From an uncultured Holophagales bacterium (lineage in GTDB: Bacteria > Acidobacteriota > Thermoanaerobaculia > Multivoradales > UBA5704), in the NCBI GenBank assembly GCA_963842525.1, contig CAWJGT010000003.1, positions 1,888,001-1,952,000 of the forward strand: 64,000 bases of DNA, read 5' to 3'. Positions 48,910 through 58,488 of this stretch are shown in pieces. Under the pieces are notes generated by a model that was not told where the DNA came from, did not search any database, and was given only the letters and a program-made list of their open reading frames with translations. The position numbers and the translations under genes were made by a program. Numbering within the stretch: position 1 is the stretch's first letter; each line of letters opens with the position of its first letter.

Positions 48910-49803
48910 GTCCAACTTCCCCCTCCCGCCGGCCCTGGCGACCGGGTGGGCGTGGCGGCCCTTTCGGGGTTGGTCCAGGCCGACAAGCTCGCGGCCGGCG
49001 TCGAGACCCTTCGCCGGCTCGGTTTCGAGCCGGTCCTCGCCGACAATCTGACCGCGCAGGACGGGCTCTTCGCGGGGAGCGACGAAGTGCGTCTCGCGGC
49101 GTTCCACCGCCTCGCCGCCGACCCCGGCCTGCGGGCGATCTTCTTTGCCCGGGGCGGTTCCGGGCTGCTGCGCGTGCTGCCGGGCCTCGACTGGGACCTG
49201 CTGCGCCGGCATCCCCGCGCCTACGTCGGCTACTCGGACCTGACCCCTTTTCTCCACGAGGTGGTGCGGCGGCTCGGCCTCGTCGCCTTCCATGGTCCGA
49301 TGGTCGCCGCCGAGCTGGCGCGCGAGCTCGCGCCGGACGAGGAGAGCAGCCTGCTCGACGCCCTTGCCGGTCGCTATCCGGCGTCGCTGCCGTTCCAATC
49401 CTGGCTCCGGCCGCCCGCGGGCGCCGCTCCGGTCAGGGGCCCGCTGCTCGGCGGCTGCCTGAGCCTGCTGGTCTCGGTGCTCGGCACTCCCTGGTCGCCG
49501 GACCTCGACGGCGCCGTGCTGTTCTGGGAAGACGTCAACGAGCCGCCGTACCGCATCGACCGTATGTTGACCCACTTACGGCTGTCGGGTAATCTCGCGA
49601 AGATCGAGGGAATGATCGTCGGCCATCTGAACGGTGCCGCCACCGACTGGCCGGCGTTGGTGGCCGGCAGCGTCGCCGATTTCTCCTGGCCGTTGGCCTG
49701 GGGTCTCGAGAGCGGCCATCTCCAGCCCAACTGGACGCTCCCCCTGGGGCTTCCGGCGCGCCTGGAGAGCGACGACTGCCGGCTCTGGCTCGGGGAAGGA
49801 TGA
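48904..49803 (+). CDS. ldcA: LD-carboxypeptidase (S66)
   Basis: ARGGSG, VGYSDLT, FHGPM, GGCL, FWEDVNE, SGH; start chosen at GTG 48904. Confidence 0.88.
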   Translation: MRVQLPPPAGPGDRVGVAALSGLVQADKLAAGVETLRRLGFEPVLADNLTAQDGLFAGSDEVRLAAFHRLAADPGLRAIFFARGGSGLLRVLPGLDWDLLRRHPRAYVGYSDLTPFLHEVVRRLGLVAFHGPMVAAELARELAPDEESSLLDALAGRYPASLPFQSWLRPPAGAAPVRGPLLGGCLSLLVSVLGTPWSPDLDGAVLFWEDVNEPPYRIDRMLTHLRLSGNLAKIEGMIVGHLNGAATDWPALVAGSVADFSWPLAWGLESGHLQPNWTLPLGLPARLESDDCRLWLGEG

Positions 49804-49810
49804 GCAGCGC

Positions 49811-50611
49811 ATGAACAATCCCGTCTTCAAGACGACCAGCGGCGGCGCCGCCGCACCCTCCCGGAAGAGCACGGGCTACCTCGTCGAATTCAAGGACGGA
49901 GACTTCGTCTTCCGCGAGGGCGACCTCGGCACGGAGATGTACATCATCCACGAGGGCAAGATCGAGATCCTCAACCGCATGGGCGGCAAGGACGTCGTCC
50001 TCGCGGTGCTGGAGAAGGGCGACTTTTTCGGCGAGATGTCCGTCCTGGAGGACCTGCCGCGGGCCGCCTCGGCGCGGGCCCTCACCGACACACGGCTGCT
50101 CAAGATCAACGGCTCGACCTTCGACCAGATGCTGCGCGACAACCCGGAGGTCGCGGTCCGCATGATGCGCAAGCTGTCCCGGCGGTTGCGCGAGACGGAC
50201 GAGTTGCTGCGCGGGACCACCTCATTCAAGAGCGACAGCACGCCGCTGTCGCGCGAGGTGCCGACGCCCATGGCCCAGGCTCCGGCGGAAGGCCCCGAGA
50301 GGCTGATCCACGACCCGTCAGGAATGGAGCTGCCGCTCGCGACCGGCCCCGAGACCACCATCGGCCGGAAGGACCCGGTCACCGGCATCTATCCCGACAT
50401 CGACCTTTCGCCGCTCGACGTCCAGCGCTCGGTCAGCCGGCGTCACGCCAAGATCTACCGCCGGGGCACGAAGTTCTTCCTCGGCGAGGAGATCGGCACG
50501 ATGAACAGCACCTTCCTCAACGGCAGCCGGCTGGAGACGGGCATCCCGTCCGAGATCCACCCCGGGGACGAGCTGCGCTTCGGGGTCGTCGTCCTGCGGT
50601 TCCAGCCCTGA
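49811..50611 (+). CDS. cNMP-binding plus FHA domain protein
   Basis: FREGD..MYII.EG, GDFFGEMS..PRAASA; FHA motifs IGR, VSRRHA, NSTFLNG, GDELRFG. Confidence 0.88.
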   Translation: MNNPVFKTTSGGAAAPSRKSTGYLVEFKDGDFVFREGDLGTEMYIIHEGKIEILNRMGGKDVVLAVLEKGDFFGEMSVLEDLPRAASARALTDTRLLKINGSTFDQMLRDNPEVAVRMMRKLSRRLRETDELLRGTTSFKSDSTPLSREVPTPMAQAPAEGPERLIHDPSGMELPLATGPETTIGRKDPVTGIYPDIDLSPLDVQRSVSRRHAKIYRRGTKFFLGEEIGTMNSTFLNGSRLETGIPSEIHPGDELRFGVVVLRFQP

Positions 50612-50840
50612 CCTCACCCCCTGTCCCCCTCTCCCATCGCCCCCCCACCGACCGGGAGAGGGGGGACGTCGCTGAAGCCGTTGTGGCGAGCCCTCCCTTC
50701 CTGCGGATGGATATCGCCGTGGGGAACGTCTGTTGGAGCCTCCGTGTCCACTCCAGCTTACTTCGTCTCAATCGCCTGGCCTGCGTTCCCCCTCTCCCGG
50801 AGGAAGGGGGGGCGATGGGAGAGGGGGACAGGGGGTGAGG
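50612..50840. repeat. Inverted pair of BoxC-like repeats (REPIN-like composite)
   Basis: CCTCACCCCCTGTCCCCCTCTCCCATCGC at 50612 mirrored by GCGATGGGAGAGGGGGACAGGGGGTGAGG ending at 50840. Confidence 0.9.
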
Positions 50841-52907
50841 CCTCTTTCCGACCCCCTCCGCACCTTCCCCGGCATCGGCCCAGCGCGCGCCCGGTCGCTC
50901 GCCGAAGCCGGCTACCAGACGGCCGCGGACCTGGTGCTCCATCTGCCGCATCGCTATGAGGACCGGCGCGAGGTGCGGCCGGTCGCCGCGGCTGCGGCCG
51001 GCGTTGCGGCCACGTTCCGCGGCCGGCTTGCCCACATGCGCCGGATCCGCACCCGGCGGCGCGGTTTCAACCTGGTGCGCGGCGTCCTGGAGGACGGCAC
51101 CGGAGCGCTGGCGGTCGTCTGGTTCAACCAGCCCTATCTGGCGAACCGGGAGATGGAGGGAGAGGACTGGCTCCTTCATGGCCCGGTGCGGGAAACGAAG
51201 GACGGCTTGGAGCTGCTGAGCCCCACCTGCGAACGAGCGGATGCCGCTCTGCACAGCGCCTGCATTGCGCCGGTCTACCCGGCGATTTCTCAGGTCCGCG
51301 GCCTCGGACCGCAGTCGCTCCGCCGGCTGATGGATACGGTCCTCCGCGAGGTCGACCTCCCGGCGCAGGTGCTCGAATTCGTCCCACGGGAGCTGCTGGA
51401 CCGCCACGGCCTGCCGCCTCTGGGCGAGGCGCTGGAGCTTCTTCATCATCCAGATGACGGCACGGACCCGGAAGCTCTCAACCAACGGCGGAGCCCCGGT
51501 CACCTGCGCCTGCTCTACGGCGAGCTCCTGGAGATGCAGCTCGCCCTCGGCCGCCTCCGCGAGCGCGAGACCGCGCAGCCGCGCGTCCTTATTTATAAGG
51601 TCGACGACCCCATCCGGCACGCCGCCCGCGAAGTCCTGCCCTACCGGCTCACCGCGGCCCAGAAGCGCGTCCTGCGCGAGATCGTGGCCGACCTCCAGAG
51701 ACCACAGCCCATGCTCCGCCTCCTTCAGGGGGACGTGGGAAGCGGTAAGACGATCGTCGCGGCCCTGGCCCTGGTCGTGGCCCTGGAGAACGGCTACCAG
51801 GGCGCCTTCATGGCCCCTACCGAGTTGCTCGCCGAGCAGCACTACGCCAACCTGGAAAGGCTGCTCGGGCATCGCTACCGCCTCGGCCTCGTCGCCGGAG
51901 GCAAAGGCAGCCGGGCCGGCCGCGTCAGGGAACAGCTCGCAGCGGGAGAGATCCAACTCGCCGTTGGGACCCACGCGCTGATTCAGGAGAGGGTCGAATT
52001 CCGCCGCCTCGGGCTCGCCGTGGTGGACGAGCAGCACCGGTTCGGCGTAGCCCAGCGGACCCTGCTGCGCCGCAAGGGCGACCGGCCGGACCTCCTCGTC
52101 ATGACCGCGACGCCGATCCCGCGCACCCTCGCCCTCACGGCCTGGGGTGACCTCGACGTCTCCACCCTGGACGAGATGCCGCCCGGGAGGACGCCGGTCG
52201 AGACGAAGGTCGTCCCGGCAAAAGACCGCCGGAAGGTCTACACAAGGCTGCGCAAAGAGCTGGCCGCCGGAGGCCGCGCCTACGTGGTGGCACCGCTCAT
52301 CGAAGGCAGCGCCCAGGTCGCGGCGGCCTCGCTGGACGAGGTGGAAGAGCACGTCCGCCGCGAGCTCCCGGACCAGCCCTACGCTGTCCTCCACGGCCGC
52401 CTGCCCTCTGGCGAGAGGGAGCGGATCATGGCCGCCTTCGCCGCCGGGGACGTGCGCGTCCTCGTCGCCACCACGGTGATCGAGGTCGGCGTGGACGTGC
52501 CCGAAGCGACCTGCATGGTGATCGAGAGCGCCGAGCGCTTCGGCCTCGCCCAGCTCCACCAGCTCCGCGGCCGGGTGGGACGAGGCCTGAGGCCGTCCCT
52601 CTGCTTCGCCCTCCACGGCCGCCTCACGGAAGAAGCGAAGCAGCGCCTAGAGGTCTTCGCACGCACCCAGGACGGCTTCGAGATCGCCGAGGCCGACCTG
52701 CAGATCCGCGGCCCCGGAGACGTCCTGGGCACCCGCCAGGCCGGCCTGCCGCTCCTCCGCTTCGCCCGCCTGCCCGAAGACTTCGACTGGCTCGTCCAAG
52801 CCCGCGACGACGCCCGCGACCTCCTCCCCCGGCTCGAAGAGCCCGAGCTGGAAGCCCTCCGCCGCCACACCGACTGGTGGCTGGAAAGGTTGGGGGGCTT
52901 CGAATAA
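50835..52907 (+). CDS. recG: ATP-dependent DNA helicase RecG
   Basis: QGDVGSGKT, MAPTELLAEQH, DEQHRFGV, MTATPIPRT, QLHQLRGRVGRG, RGPG..GTRQ; start chosen at GTG 50835. Confidence 0.97.
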   Translation: MRPLSDPLRTFPGIGPARARSLAEAGYQTAADLVLHLPHRYEDRREVRPVAAAAAGVAATFRGRLAHMRRIRTRRRGFNLVRGVLEDGTGALAVVWFNQPYLANREMEGEDWLLHGPVRETKDGLELLSPTCERADAALHSACIAPVYPAISQVRGLGPQSLRRLMDTVLREVDLPAQVLEFVPRELLDRHGLPPLGEALELLHHPDDGTDPEALNQRRSPGHLRLLYGELLEMQLALGRLRERETAQPRVLIYKVDDPIRHAAREVLPYRLTAAQKRVLREIVADLQRPQPMLRLLQGDVGSGKTIVAALALVVALENGYQGAFMAPTELLAEQHYANLERLLGHRYRLGLVAGGKGSRAGRVREQLAAGEIQLAVGTHALIQERVEFRRLGLAVVDEQHRFGVAQRTLLRRKGDRPDLLVMTATPIPRTLALTAWGDLDVSTLDEMPPGRTPVETKVVPAKDRRKVYTRLRKELAAGGRAYVVAPLIEGSAQVAAASLDEVEEHVRRELPDQPYAVLHGRLPSGERERIMAAFAAGDVRVLVATTVIEVGVDVPEATCMVIESAERFGLAQLHQLRGRVGRGLRPSLCFALHGRLTEEAKQRLEVFARTQDGFEIAEADLQIRGPGDVLGTRQAGLPLLRFARLPEDFDWLVQARDDARDLLPRLEEPELEALRRHTDWWLERLGGFE

Positions 52908-52921
52908 GGCGGGAGGGGGAA

Positions 52922-53039
52922 CCCCTGGGACCGCGGGCGTCCCGCCCGCACAGACTTCAAGCGACCAGTGCGTTGCCGCTATTTTTACGGCAGCTCCAAC
53001 ATCGAGGAAGGGCGGGCGAGACGCCCGCGGTCCCAGGGG
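52922..53039. repeat. Inverted REP-like pair (second repeat family)
   Basis: 52922-52949 CCCCTGGGACCGCGGGCGTCCCGCCCGC matches the reverse complement of 53012-53039 at 27/28. Confidence 0.85.
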
Positions 53040-53090
53040 GAAACGGCTCGGCCCCGGGTGGCTGCATTACACTTTCGCAAGGAGGGGAAC

Positions 53091-53245
53091 ATGAGCCAAT
53101 CAACCATCACCGGCAAAGACCACATTGCCTTTCTCCGCAGACAAGGCTCGATTCGGGTCGGACCCGGCTCGACCGTCAAGGACATCCAACGAGCCCGCAA
53201 GTTGCGGGGGATCAAAAAGGGATGAAGCCGATCCTGATTGTTGAA
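53091..53245 (+). pseudogene. Probable remnant of an AbrB antitoxin and the first codons of a PIN toxin
   Basis: SD AAGGAGG, MSQSTITGK (AbrB-like start) joined to a short tail; ATGA-coupled MKPILIV start at 53222. Confidence 0.5.
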
Positions 53246-53256
53246 AGACCACGCCC

Positions 53257-54708
53257 ATGGCTTCCGAGACCTCCGGCCCCGTGTTCGTTCTCGACGTCGG
53301 CACCGATGCCGACGCGGGCGTCGTCCGCCTCCACCTGACGGACGAGCACGGCGACCGCCAGGTCGGCGATAACCAGGTGCGCCTCGCGGAGCACAGCGCG
53401 GCGCTATGGCAGGGGCTGTTCGACACGCGCGCCTTCGTCCGGACCTATGCGAACAGTATGCGCTTCACTGACCGGCCTGCGACGTCGGCGGAGCTACTCG
53501 CACAGATCGGCGTCTTCCTGGGAGAGAAGATCCTCGGCCCCGAGATCATGGAGGCGCTTCACGCGGGGAAACATCACCGGTCGCTGCTGGTCCGGCAGCC
53601 GCTGGTTCCAATGGACCGCCCGGAGGACCGCCTCGCGTCGGCGTTCGCCCGGGTGCCCTGGGAGATCGCGCGGCCTGCGGCCGGCCAGGAGCAGCTTCTC
53701 GAACGCAACCTGGTGGTGCGGATGGAAGCGTTGGGCGCGTCCCCATCCTATGCGCCGCCTCCGCCGGGTCCGGACGAGACGCTGCGGGTGCTCCTGGTCT
53801 TCGCCGAGGCGCCGGGCTCGCGTCCGCTCGCCATGCGGCTCGAGCGGGAGCAGCTCCTCGGGCTCTTCTACGACGAGGTGATGCCGCGGCGCCGGGTGTC
53901 CGTGGATGTCCTCTGCCACGGCGTCACCCGAAAGGCCTTGAGCGAGAAGGTCCGCGACGCGGCTGGCTATCACGTGGTGCACTGGAGCGGCCACGGCCAT
54001 CACAATCTCCTGGAGCTGCAGGGCGAGGATGGCAAGAGGGATCTTCTGACGGGCGCCGCCCTGGTGGACCTCTTCGCTGATGCCGGTGGCTTCATTCCCC
54101 AACTCGTCTTCTTGAGCGCCTGCCTCTCGGGCACCCTGGTCGGCGCTCGCGACTGGGCGGCGCTGGAAACCATCCTCCGCGAGGGGGAGGCGGGTGTGCG
54201 TAAGTCCGAGCCGGAGCCGGACAAAATCGAGCAGTTGACTGCGGAGCAGCCTGGCTATACCGGCACCGCCCTCGCACTGCTCGGAGCCGGTGTGCCGCAG
54301 GTGGTGGCGATGCGCTACGAGGTGGGCGACGCTTACGCCCGCGACCTCGCCGGTCTCTTCTACCGCAGGCTGTTCGTCGATAGTCAACCCAAGGCACCGG
54401 CGAGCGCGCTGTCCCTGGCCCGCGGGGAGCTGTTGGATCGGCAGGCAGGCGAGCACGATGTGGTCGATCACGCCACGCCGCTTCTCTTCGGCAGCGCCGC
54501 GGGTCCTCTCTCGGCGCCTCCAGGCCGAAGCTCTGCCCTGGCCTTCCGCCGGCCGCGCCCACAGCCGCTCCTGACGGACAGCCGCGAGCTCGACCGGCCC
54601 GCGGAGCTGGTGGGCCGCGGCGCGCTCACGGAGTGGAACGTGGAGATCGACGGGCTGCAGGCGCGGATCGATCAGCACGTGGAGGAGGTGCGGCGGGGGG
54701 TGGAATGA
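53257..54708 (+). CDS. CHAT (caspase-like) domain protein, apparently internally deleted
   Basis: VPWE, VVHWSGHG, VFLSAC, GVPQVVAMRYEV; ends about 28 aa after LVGR. Confidence 0.8.
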   Translation: MASETSGPVFVLDVGTDADAGVVRLHLTDEHGDRQVGDNQVRLAEHSAALWQGLFDTRAFVRTYANSMRFTDRPATSAELLAQIGVFLGEKILGPEIMEALHAGKHHRSLLVRQPLVPMDRPEDRLASAFARVPWEIARPAAGQEQLLERNLVVRMEALGASPSYAPPPPGPDETLRVLLVFAEAPGSRPLAMRLEREQLLGLFYDEVMPRRRVSVDVLCHGVTRKALSEKVRDAAGYHVVHWSGHGHHNLLELQGEDGKRDLLTGAALVDLFADAGGFIPQLVFLSACLSGTLVGARDWAALETILREGEAGVRKSEPEPDKIEQLTAEQPGYTGTALALLGAGVPQVVAMRYEVGDAYARDLAGLFYRRLFVDSQPKAPASALSLARGELLDRQAGEHDVVDHATPLLFGSAAGPLSAPPGRSSALAFRRPRPQPLLTDSRELDRPAELVGRGALTEWNVEIDGLQARIDQHVEEVRRGVE

Positions 54709-54767
54709 CCTCACCCCCTGGCCCCCTCTCCCATCTCCCACCTTTCCATCCCCGGGAGAGGGGGGAC
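54709..54767 (+). repeat. BoxC-like repeat
   Basis: TGA-CCTCACCCCCTGGCCCCCTCTCCC...CCGGGAGAGGGGG. Confidence 0.85.
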
Positions 54768-54838
54768 GTTGTTGAAGCCGTCCTCCGCATTGCCGTCTGC
54801 CTGTATACTGAGTTGGATGTCTGCAAGGGAGGTGTGCA

Positions 54839-55069
54839 GTGGCCAAGGCTGCCGTTGAGCTCGCACAAGCCAAGGACCAGTTGGCGCAATTGATCGAGGA
54901 GGTCCAGAGCGGGATCGAGCTCGTCATCACGCGCGACGGCCTTCCCGTGGCCCGGCTCCTGCCGGCCTTGGAAGCTCCATCCGATCGCGTACCGGGCAGC
55001 GCCAAGGGTCTGTTCACCGTACCTGACGACTTTGATTCCCCGCTTGAGGATTTCCGCGAGTACGTGTAG
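54839..55069 (+). CDS. Phd/YefM-family antitoxin
   Basis: AKDQLAQLIEEV..G.ELVITRDGLPVARL, RVPGSAKG..VPDDFDSPL. Confidence 0.9.
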   Translation: MAKAAVELAQAKDQLAQLIEEVQSGIELVITRDGLPVARLLPALEAPSDRVPGSAKGLFTVPDDFDSPLEDFREYV

Positions 55070-55077
55070 GCCCCTGC

Positions 55078-55463
55078 ATGCTGCGAGCTCTGCTGGACAC
55101 GCACAGCTTTCTCTGGTTTGTCACTGCAGATCCGAAGCTCAGCGCCACGGCGGAGGGTCTGATCTCCGTTGGAAGCAACGAATTCCTTCTCAGTGTGGCA
55201 TCCGTCTGGGAGATCGCAAGGTGAGCATCGGCCGCCTGCCTATTCCTGAGCCGCTCGACACGTTTATCCCTGAGCACCTCCGCGCCAACCGTATCGGCCT
55301 GCTGCCGATCGAGCCCAGGCATGCCTTTGAAGTTGCCCGACTGCCCCTCCATCACCGCGATCCTTTCGACCGCTTGCTGATCGCCCAGGCGATCGTCGAA
55401 GGTCTGCCGATCGTCAGCGCGGATTCTGCCTTCGATAGCTACTCCATCGAGCGGCTTTGGTAG
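55078..55463 (+). pseudogene. VapC/PIN toxin, frameshifted
   Basis: LLDTHSFLWF..SVASVWEIA then a stop; KVSIGRL..HHRDPFDRLLIAQA continues in another frame (shift near 55215-55218). Confidence 0.88.
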
Positions 55464-55469
55464 GCTGCT

Positions 55470-55522
55470 GTGGCCCCGCCCAGGGTTGACACCCTGGGCT
55501 ACCGAATGCCGCCCTCCGGGCT
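55470..55522. repeat. REP-like hairpin (third family)
   Basis: GCCCAGGGT-TGAC-ACCCTGGGC; resembles the fragment at 12604-12626. Confidence 0.55.
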
Positions 55523-55612
55523 CGTCCTTCATGCTGCTCCGCGTGCGGTCGTGCCGCTGCCGCTCAATAAAGGCTGCGGCGGTCGCACGGGCTCGGCATG
55601 CTACGCTCGCCC

Positions 55613-56875
55613 GTGTCCACTCACGAGGTCAGCATCTGCGAGCCGGGAGCCGGAGGAGTAAGAGTGCTCCTCGTCGCCAACACCCTGCCGCCCCGGGACG
55701 TTTCCGGGGTCGGGGAACAGGTGCTACAGTTGGCGGCCGGCCTGCGGGAGACCGGATGCGAGGTGGAGGTGCTGGGCCGTGGCTCTGGCGGCGTCGCGGG
55801 TCCGAAGGTCCTGTTCCCTCTTTTTGCGGTGACGGCGGTCTGGCGGGCGCTGCGGCGGTTCCGGCCCCATGTGGTGCAGGTCCATGAGTCGGATGGCGGT
55901 CTGGCCGCGCTCCTCGTTGCGATCGTGGCGCCGCTCCTGGTGCCGCGCCCGAAGCTGGTGGCCCTCCTCCAGGTGAGCTATGTCGAGGAGCTGCGGGCGG
56001 TGCGGCCTCTGCGGGCTGCGGACGGGCGGGTGTTGGGCCGGCCGGGCGGCATCGAGCGGCGTTTCCGCTGGCTCAAGGCGCCGGTCCAGATCGTCCTCGG
56101 CTGCGTCACCGCCTGGACGGCTGATCTGGTGCTGACGCCCAGCGCGGCTACGGGTGACGAGGTGCGCCGCGATTATGGTGTGGGCGAAGTGGCGGTCGTC
56201 CCCAATGTGACGGGTGGGCTGGAGGTGGGGGCGCCGGTGGCCGAGCCCGGAGAGTCGCCCGGCTATCTGCTGTTCGTCGGCCGCCTGCGCATCCGCAAGG
56301 GGGTCGAGGTGCTGCTGGAGGCTTTGCGGTCTCTGGACGCGCGGCTGCTGATCGCGGGGGATGGCGAGCACCGGGCCGCTCTGGAGCGCCGGGCAGCGGA
56401 GCTGGAGCTGGTCTCGAAGGTCCGCTTCCTTGGCCGCCGCGACGCCGCGCAGGTCCGGGGTTTGCTCCGTGGCGCGCGTGCCTTGGTGGTCCCCTCGATC
56501 TACGAGGGGATGCCGCTGGTCGTGCTGGAGGCGATGGAGGCCGGCTTGCCGGTTGTTGCCAGCCGGGTGAGCGGCATCCCCGAGGTCGTGGAGGACGGCC
56601 GGACCGGCTGGCTGGTGCCGCCGGAGGACCCGGAGGCTCTTGCCGGTGCGCTGGCCGAGGTGCTGGCGGATCGGGAGGAGGCGGGGCGGCGTGGTGAAGA
56701 AGGGAAGCGGCGGGTGGAGGAGCGGTTTCGGCCGGCTCATGCGGCGCGGGTGTGGCGCGAGAAGATCCTCACCCCCTGTCCCCCTCTCCCATCGCCCCCC
56801 CTGCCGCCGGGAGAGGGGGGACGTGGAGGAGGCGATGTGCAGCAAACGGGATCGGATGGGTTTCGGGGAGTGTGA
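55613..56875 (+). CDS. GT4-family glycosyltransferase (C-terminus runs into a repeat)
   Basis: FVGRL..RKG, PSIYEGMPLVVLEAM, GIPEVV; start uncertain. Confidence 0.9.
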   Translation: MSTHEVSICEPGAGGVRVLLVANTLPPRDVSGVGEQVLQLAAGLRETGCEVEVLGRGSGGVAGPKVLFPLFAVTAVWRALRRFRPHVVQVHESDGGLAALLVAIVAPLLVPRPKLVALLQVSYVEELRAVRPLRAADGRVLGRPGGIERRFRWLKAPVQIVLGCVTAWTADLVLTPSAATGDEVRRDYGVGEVAVVPNVTGGLEVGAPVAEPGESPGYLLFVGRLRIRKGVEVLLEALRSLDARLLIAGDGEHRAALERRAAELELVSKVRFLGRRDAAQVRGLLRGARALVVPSIYEGMPLVVLEAMEAGLPVVASRVSGIPEVVEDGRTGWLVPPEDPEALAGALAEVLADREEAGRRGEEGKRRVEERFRPAHAARVWREKILTPCPPLPSPPLPPGEGGRGGGDVQQTGSDGFRGV

Positions 56876-56971
56876 GGAGAGATTGCATCGACCTTGCCAC
56901 GAACGCATCGCCTGCGTCCCCCCTCTCCCGGTCGGGGGGAGTGCGATGGGAGAGGGGGACAGGGGGTGAGG
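56767..56971. repeat. Inverted pair of BoxC-like repeats (REPIN-like composite)
   Basis: Same termini as 50612-50840. Confidence 0.9.
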
Positions 56972-57034
56972 TTCTTGGCCGGGAGGATGGATAATCGGAG
57001 GGGTTGACGGAATGACGCTCAAAGGACTCCAACC

Positions 57035-57541
57035 ATGATGGGACGCGCTCTGCTGATCGTCGGCGTGATGGCGACGCTCGGCCTCATCGCTTCGGCGGTT
57101 CTGGGCTATGGCCTGGACATTCCGACCGATCCGGACATGCCGCGCCATGTCCTCGTGGCCCTCGCGTCCAGCCTGCTGCTCCTGTTTTCCCACTGCTGGA
57201 TCATGTTCTACCTGATCGGTACCGGGAAGGCGATCAAGGACGTGGTCAAGGAACACGGGCTGGAGGCGCAGATCGTCGAGGACACCAAGCGCTTCAAGAA
57301 CCTCTCCTATCCCTGGCTGATGCTCGCCATGGGCCTCGCCATGGCGGCCTTCATCCTCGGCGGCGGTGCGGCCACCGGCTCGCTCCCGTCGTGGGTCCAT
57401 CACGTCCTCTCCTATCTGGCCCTGGCGACCCAGTTGAAGGCCCTGTGGGTGGAGTGGCGCGTGCTGGACGAGAACGAGCGGCTCATGGCGAGCGTCGACC
57501 GCCGGATCCTCGCCCTGCCGGCCGGAGGGAGCGCGGCGTGA
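57035..57541 (+). CDS. Hypothetical four-TM membrane protein
   Basis: Four hydrophobic segments with intramembrane His residues; GTGA-coupled to the next gene. Confidence 0.75.
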   Translation: MMGRALLIVGVMATLGLIASAVLGYGLDIPTDPDMPRHVLVALASSLLLLFSHCWIMFYLIGTGKAIKDVVKEHGLEAQIVEDTKRFKNLSYPWLMLAMGLAMAAFILGGGAATGSLPSWVHHVLSYLALATQLKALWVEWRVLDENERLMASVDRRILALPAGGSAA

Positions 57542-58488
57542 TCCATGCCGCGCATCGGGACCCCAACGCCCGGGTCGCCGTCGTTCTGGTGAACTGGAAC
57601 GGCGCCGGGGACACGCTCGCGACCCTGGCTTCGCTCGACGAGGTCGTGGGCGCCGAGGCGCTGCGCGTGATCGTGGTCGACAACGGCTCGACGGACGACT
57701 CGGTCGCCCGTCTGCGCCGCGAGCGGCCGGGGCTCGAGCTGGTCGAGACGGGCAAGAACCTGGGCTTCGCGGGCGGCAACGACGTCGGCATCAAGGCGGC
57801 CCTCGAAGCTCCGGAGGTCGGCTGGGTGCTCCTTCTCAACACCGACGTCGAGGTCGATCCCGGCTTCCTCGCGCCTCTGATCCGCGCCTGCGAGGACCCC
57901 GACATGGGTGCGGCCGGTCCGAAGATCTACTACTACGATCATCCCGACCGGCTGTGGGCCGCGGGCGGTCGCCTGCGCATCCGCGAGACGGTGGCCGTCG
58001 AGCTCGGCCGCGGCAAGCTGGACGGTCCGCGCTGGAACCGGGCGCGGGACGTCACGTATCTGACCACCTGCTGTTTGCTGATCCCCCGGGACGTGCTGGA
58101 GGAGGTCGGCCCCCTGGACCCGGCGTACTTCATCAACGTGGACGACGCCGACTGGTGCCGCCGCGCCCTGGACGCCGGCTACCGGCTGCGCTATGTGCCG
58201 GAGAGCCGCATCTGGCACAAGGTGGCGGTGGCGACCGCGGGCTCCTATACCCCGATGAAGACGTTCCACACCGGGCGGAGCAATGCAGTCTGGGTGCGCC
58301 GCCACGCCGGGCTTTTCGGGCTTGTCCGCTTCGTGGCGGCCAACCTGCTCGCCCTGCCGGCCGCATTCCTGCGCGAGCTGCCGCGCGGCAACGTCCAGGC
58401 GGTGCGGGCGAAGGCCCGCGGCGTCCTGAGCGGGCTCACCGAGCCGCTGCCGGAGCCGCCCGAGCCGCTGCGCAAGGAGCGCTCCTGA
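57538..58488 (+). CDS. GT2-family glycosyltransferase
   Basis: VVLVNWNG, VVDNGSTD, NLGFAGGN, LLNTD, DDADW, IWHK. Confidence 0.92.
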   Translation: MIHAAHRDPNARVAVVLVNWNGAGDTLATLASLDEVVGAEALRVIVVDNGSTDDSVARLRRERPGLELVETGKNLGFAGGNDVGIKAALEAPEVGWVLLLNTDVEVDPGFLAPLIRACEDPDMGAAGPKIYYYDHPDRLWAAGGRLRIRETVAVELGRGKLDGPRWNRARDVTYLTTCCLLIPRDVLEEVGPLDPAYFINVDDADWCRRALDAGYRLRYVPESRIWHKVAVATAGSYTPMKTFHTGRSNAVWVRRHAGLFGLVRFVAANLLALPAAFLRELPRGNVQAVRAKARGVLSGLTEPLPEPPEPLRKERS

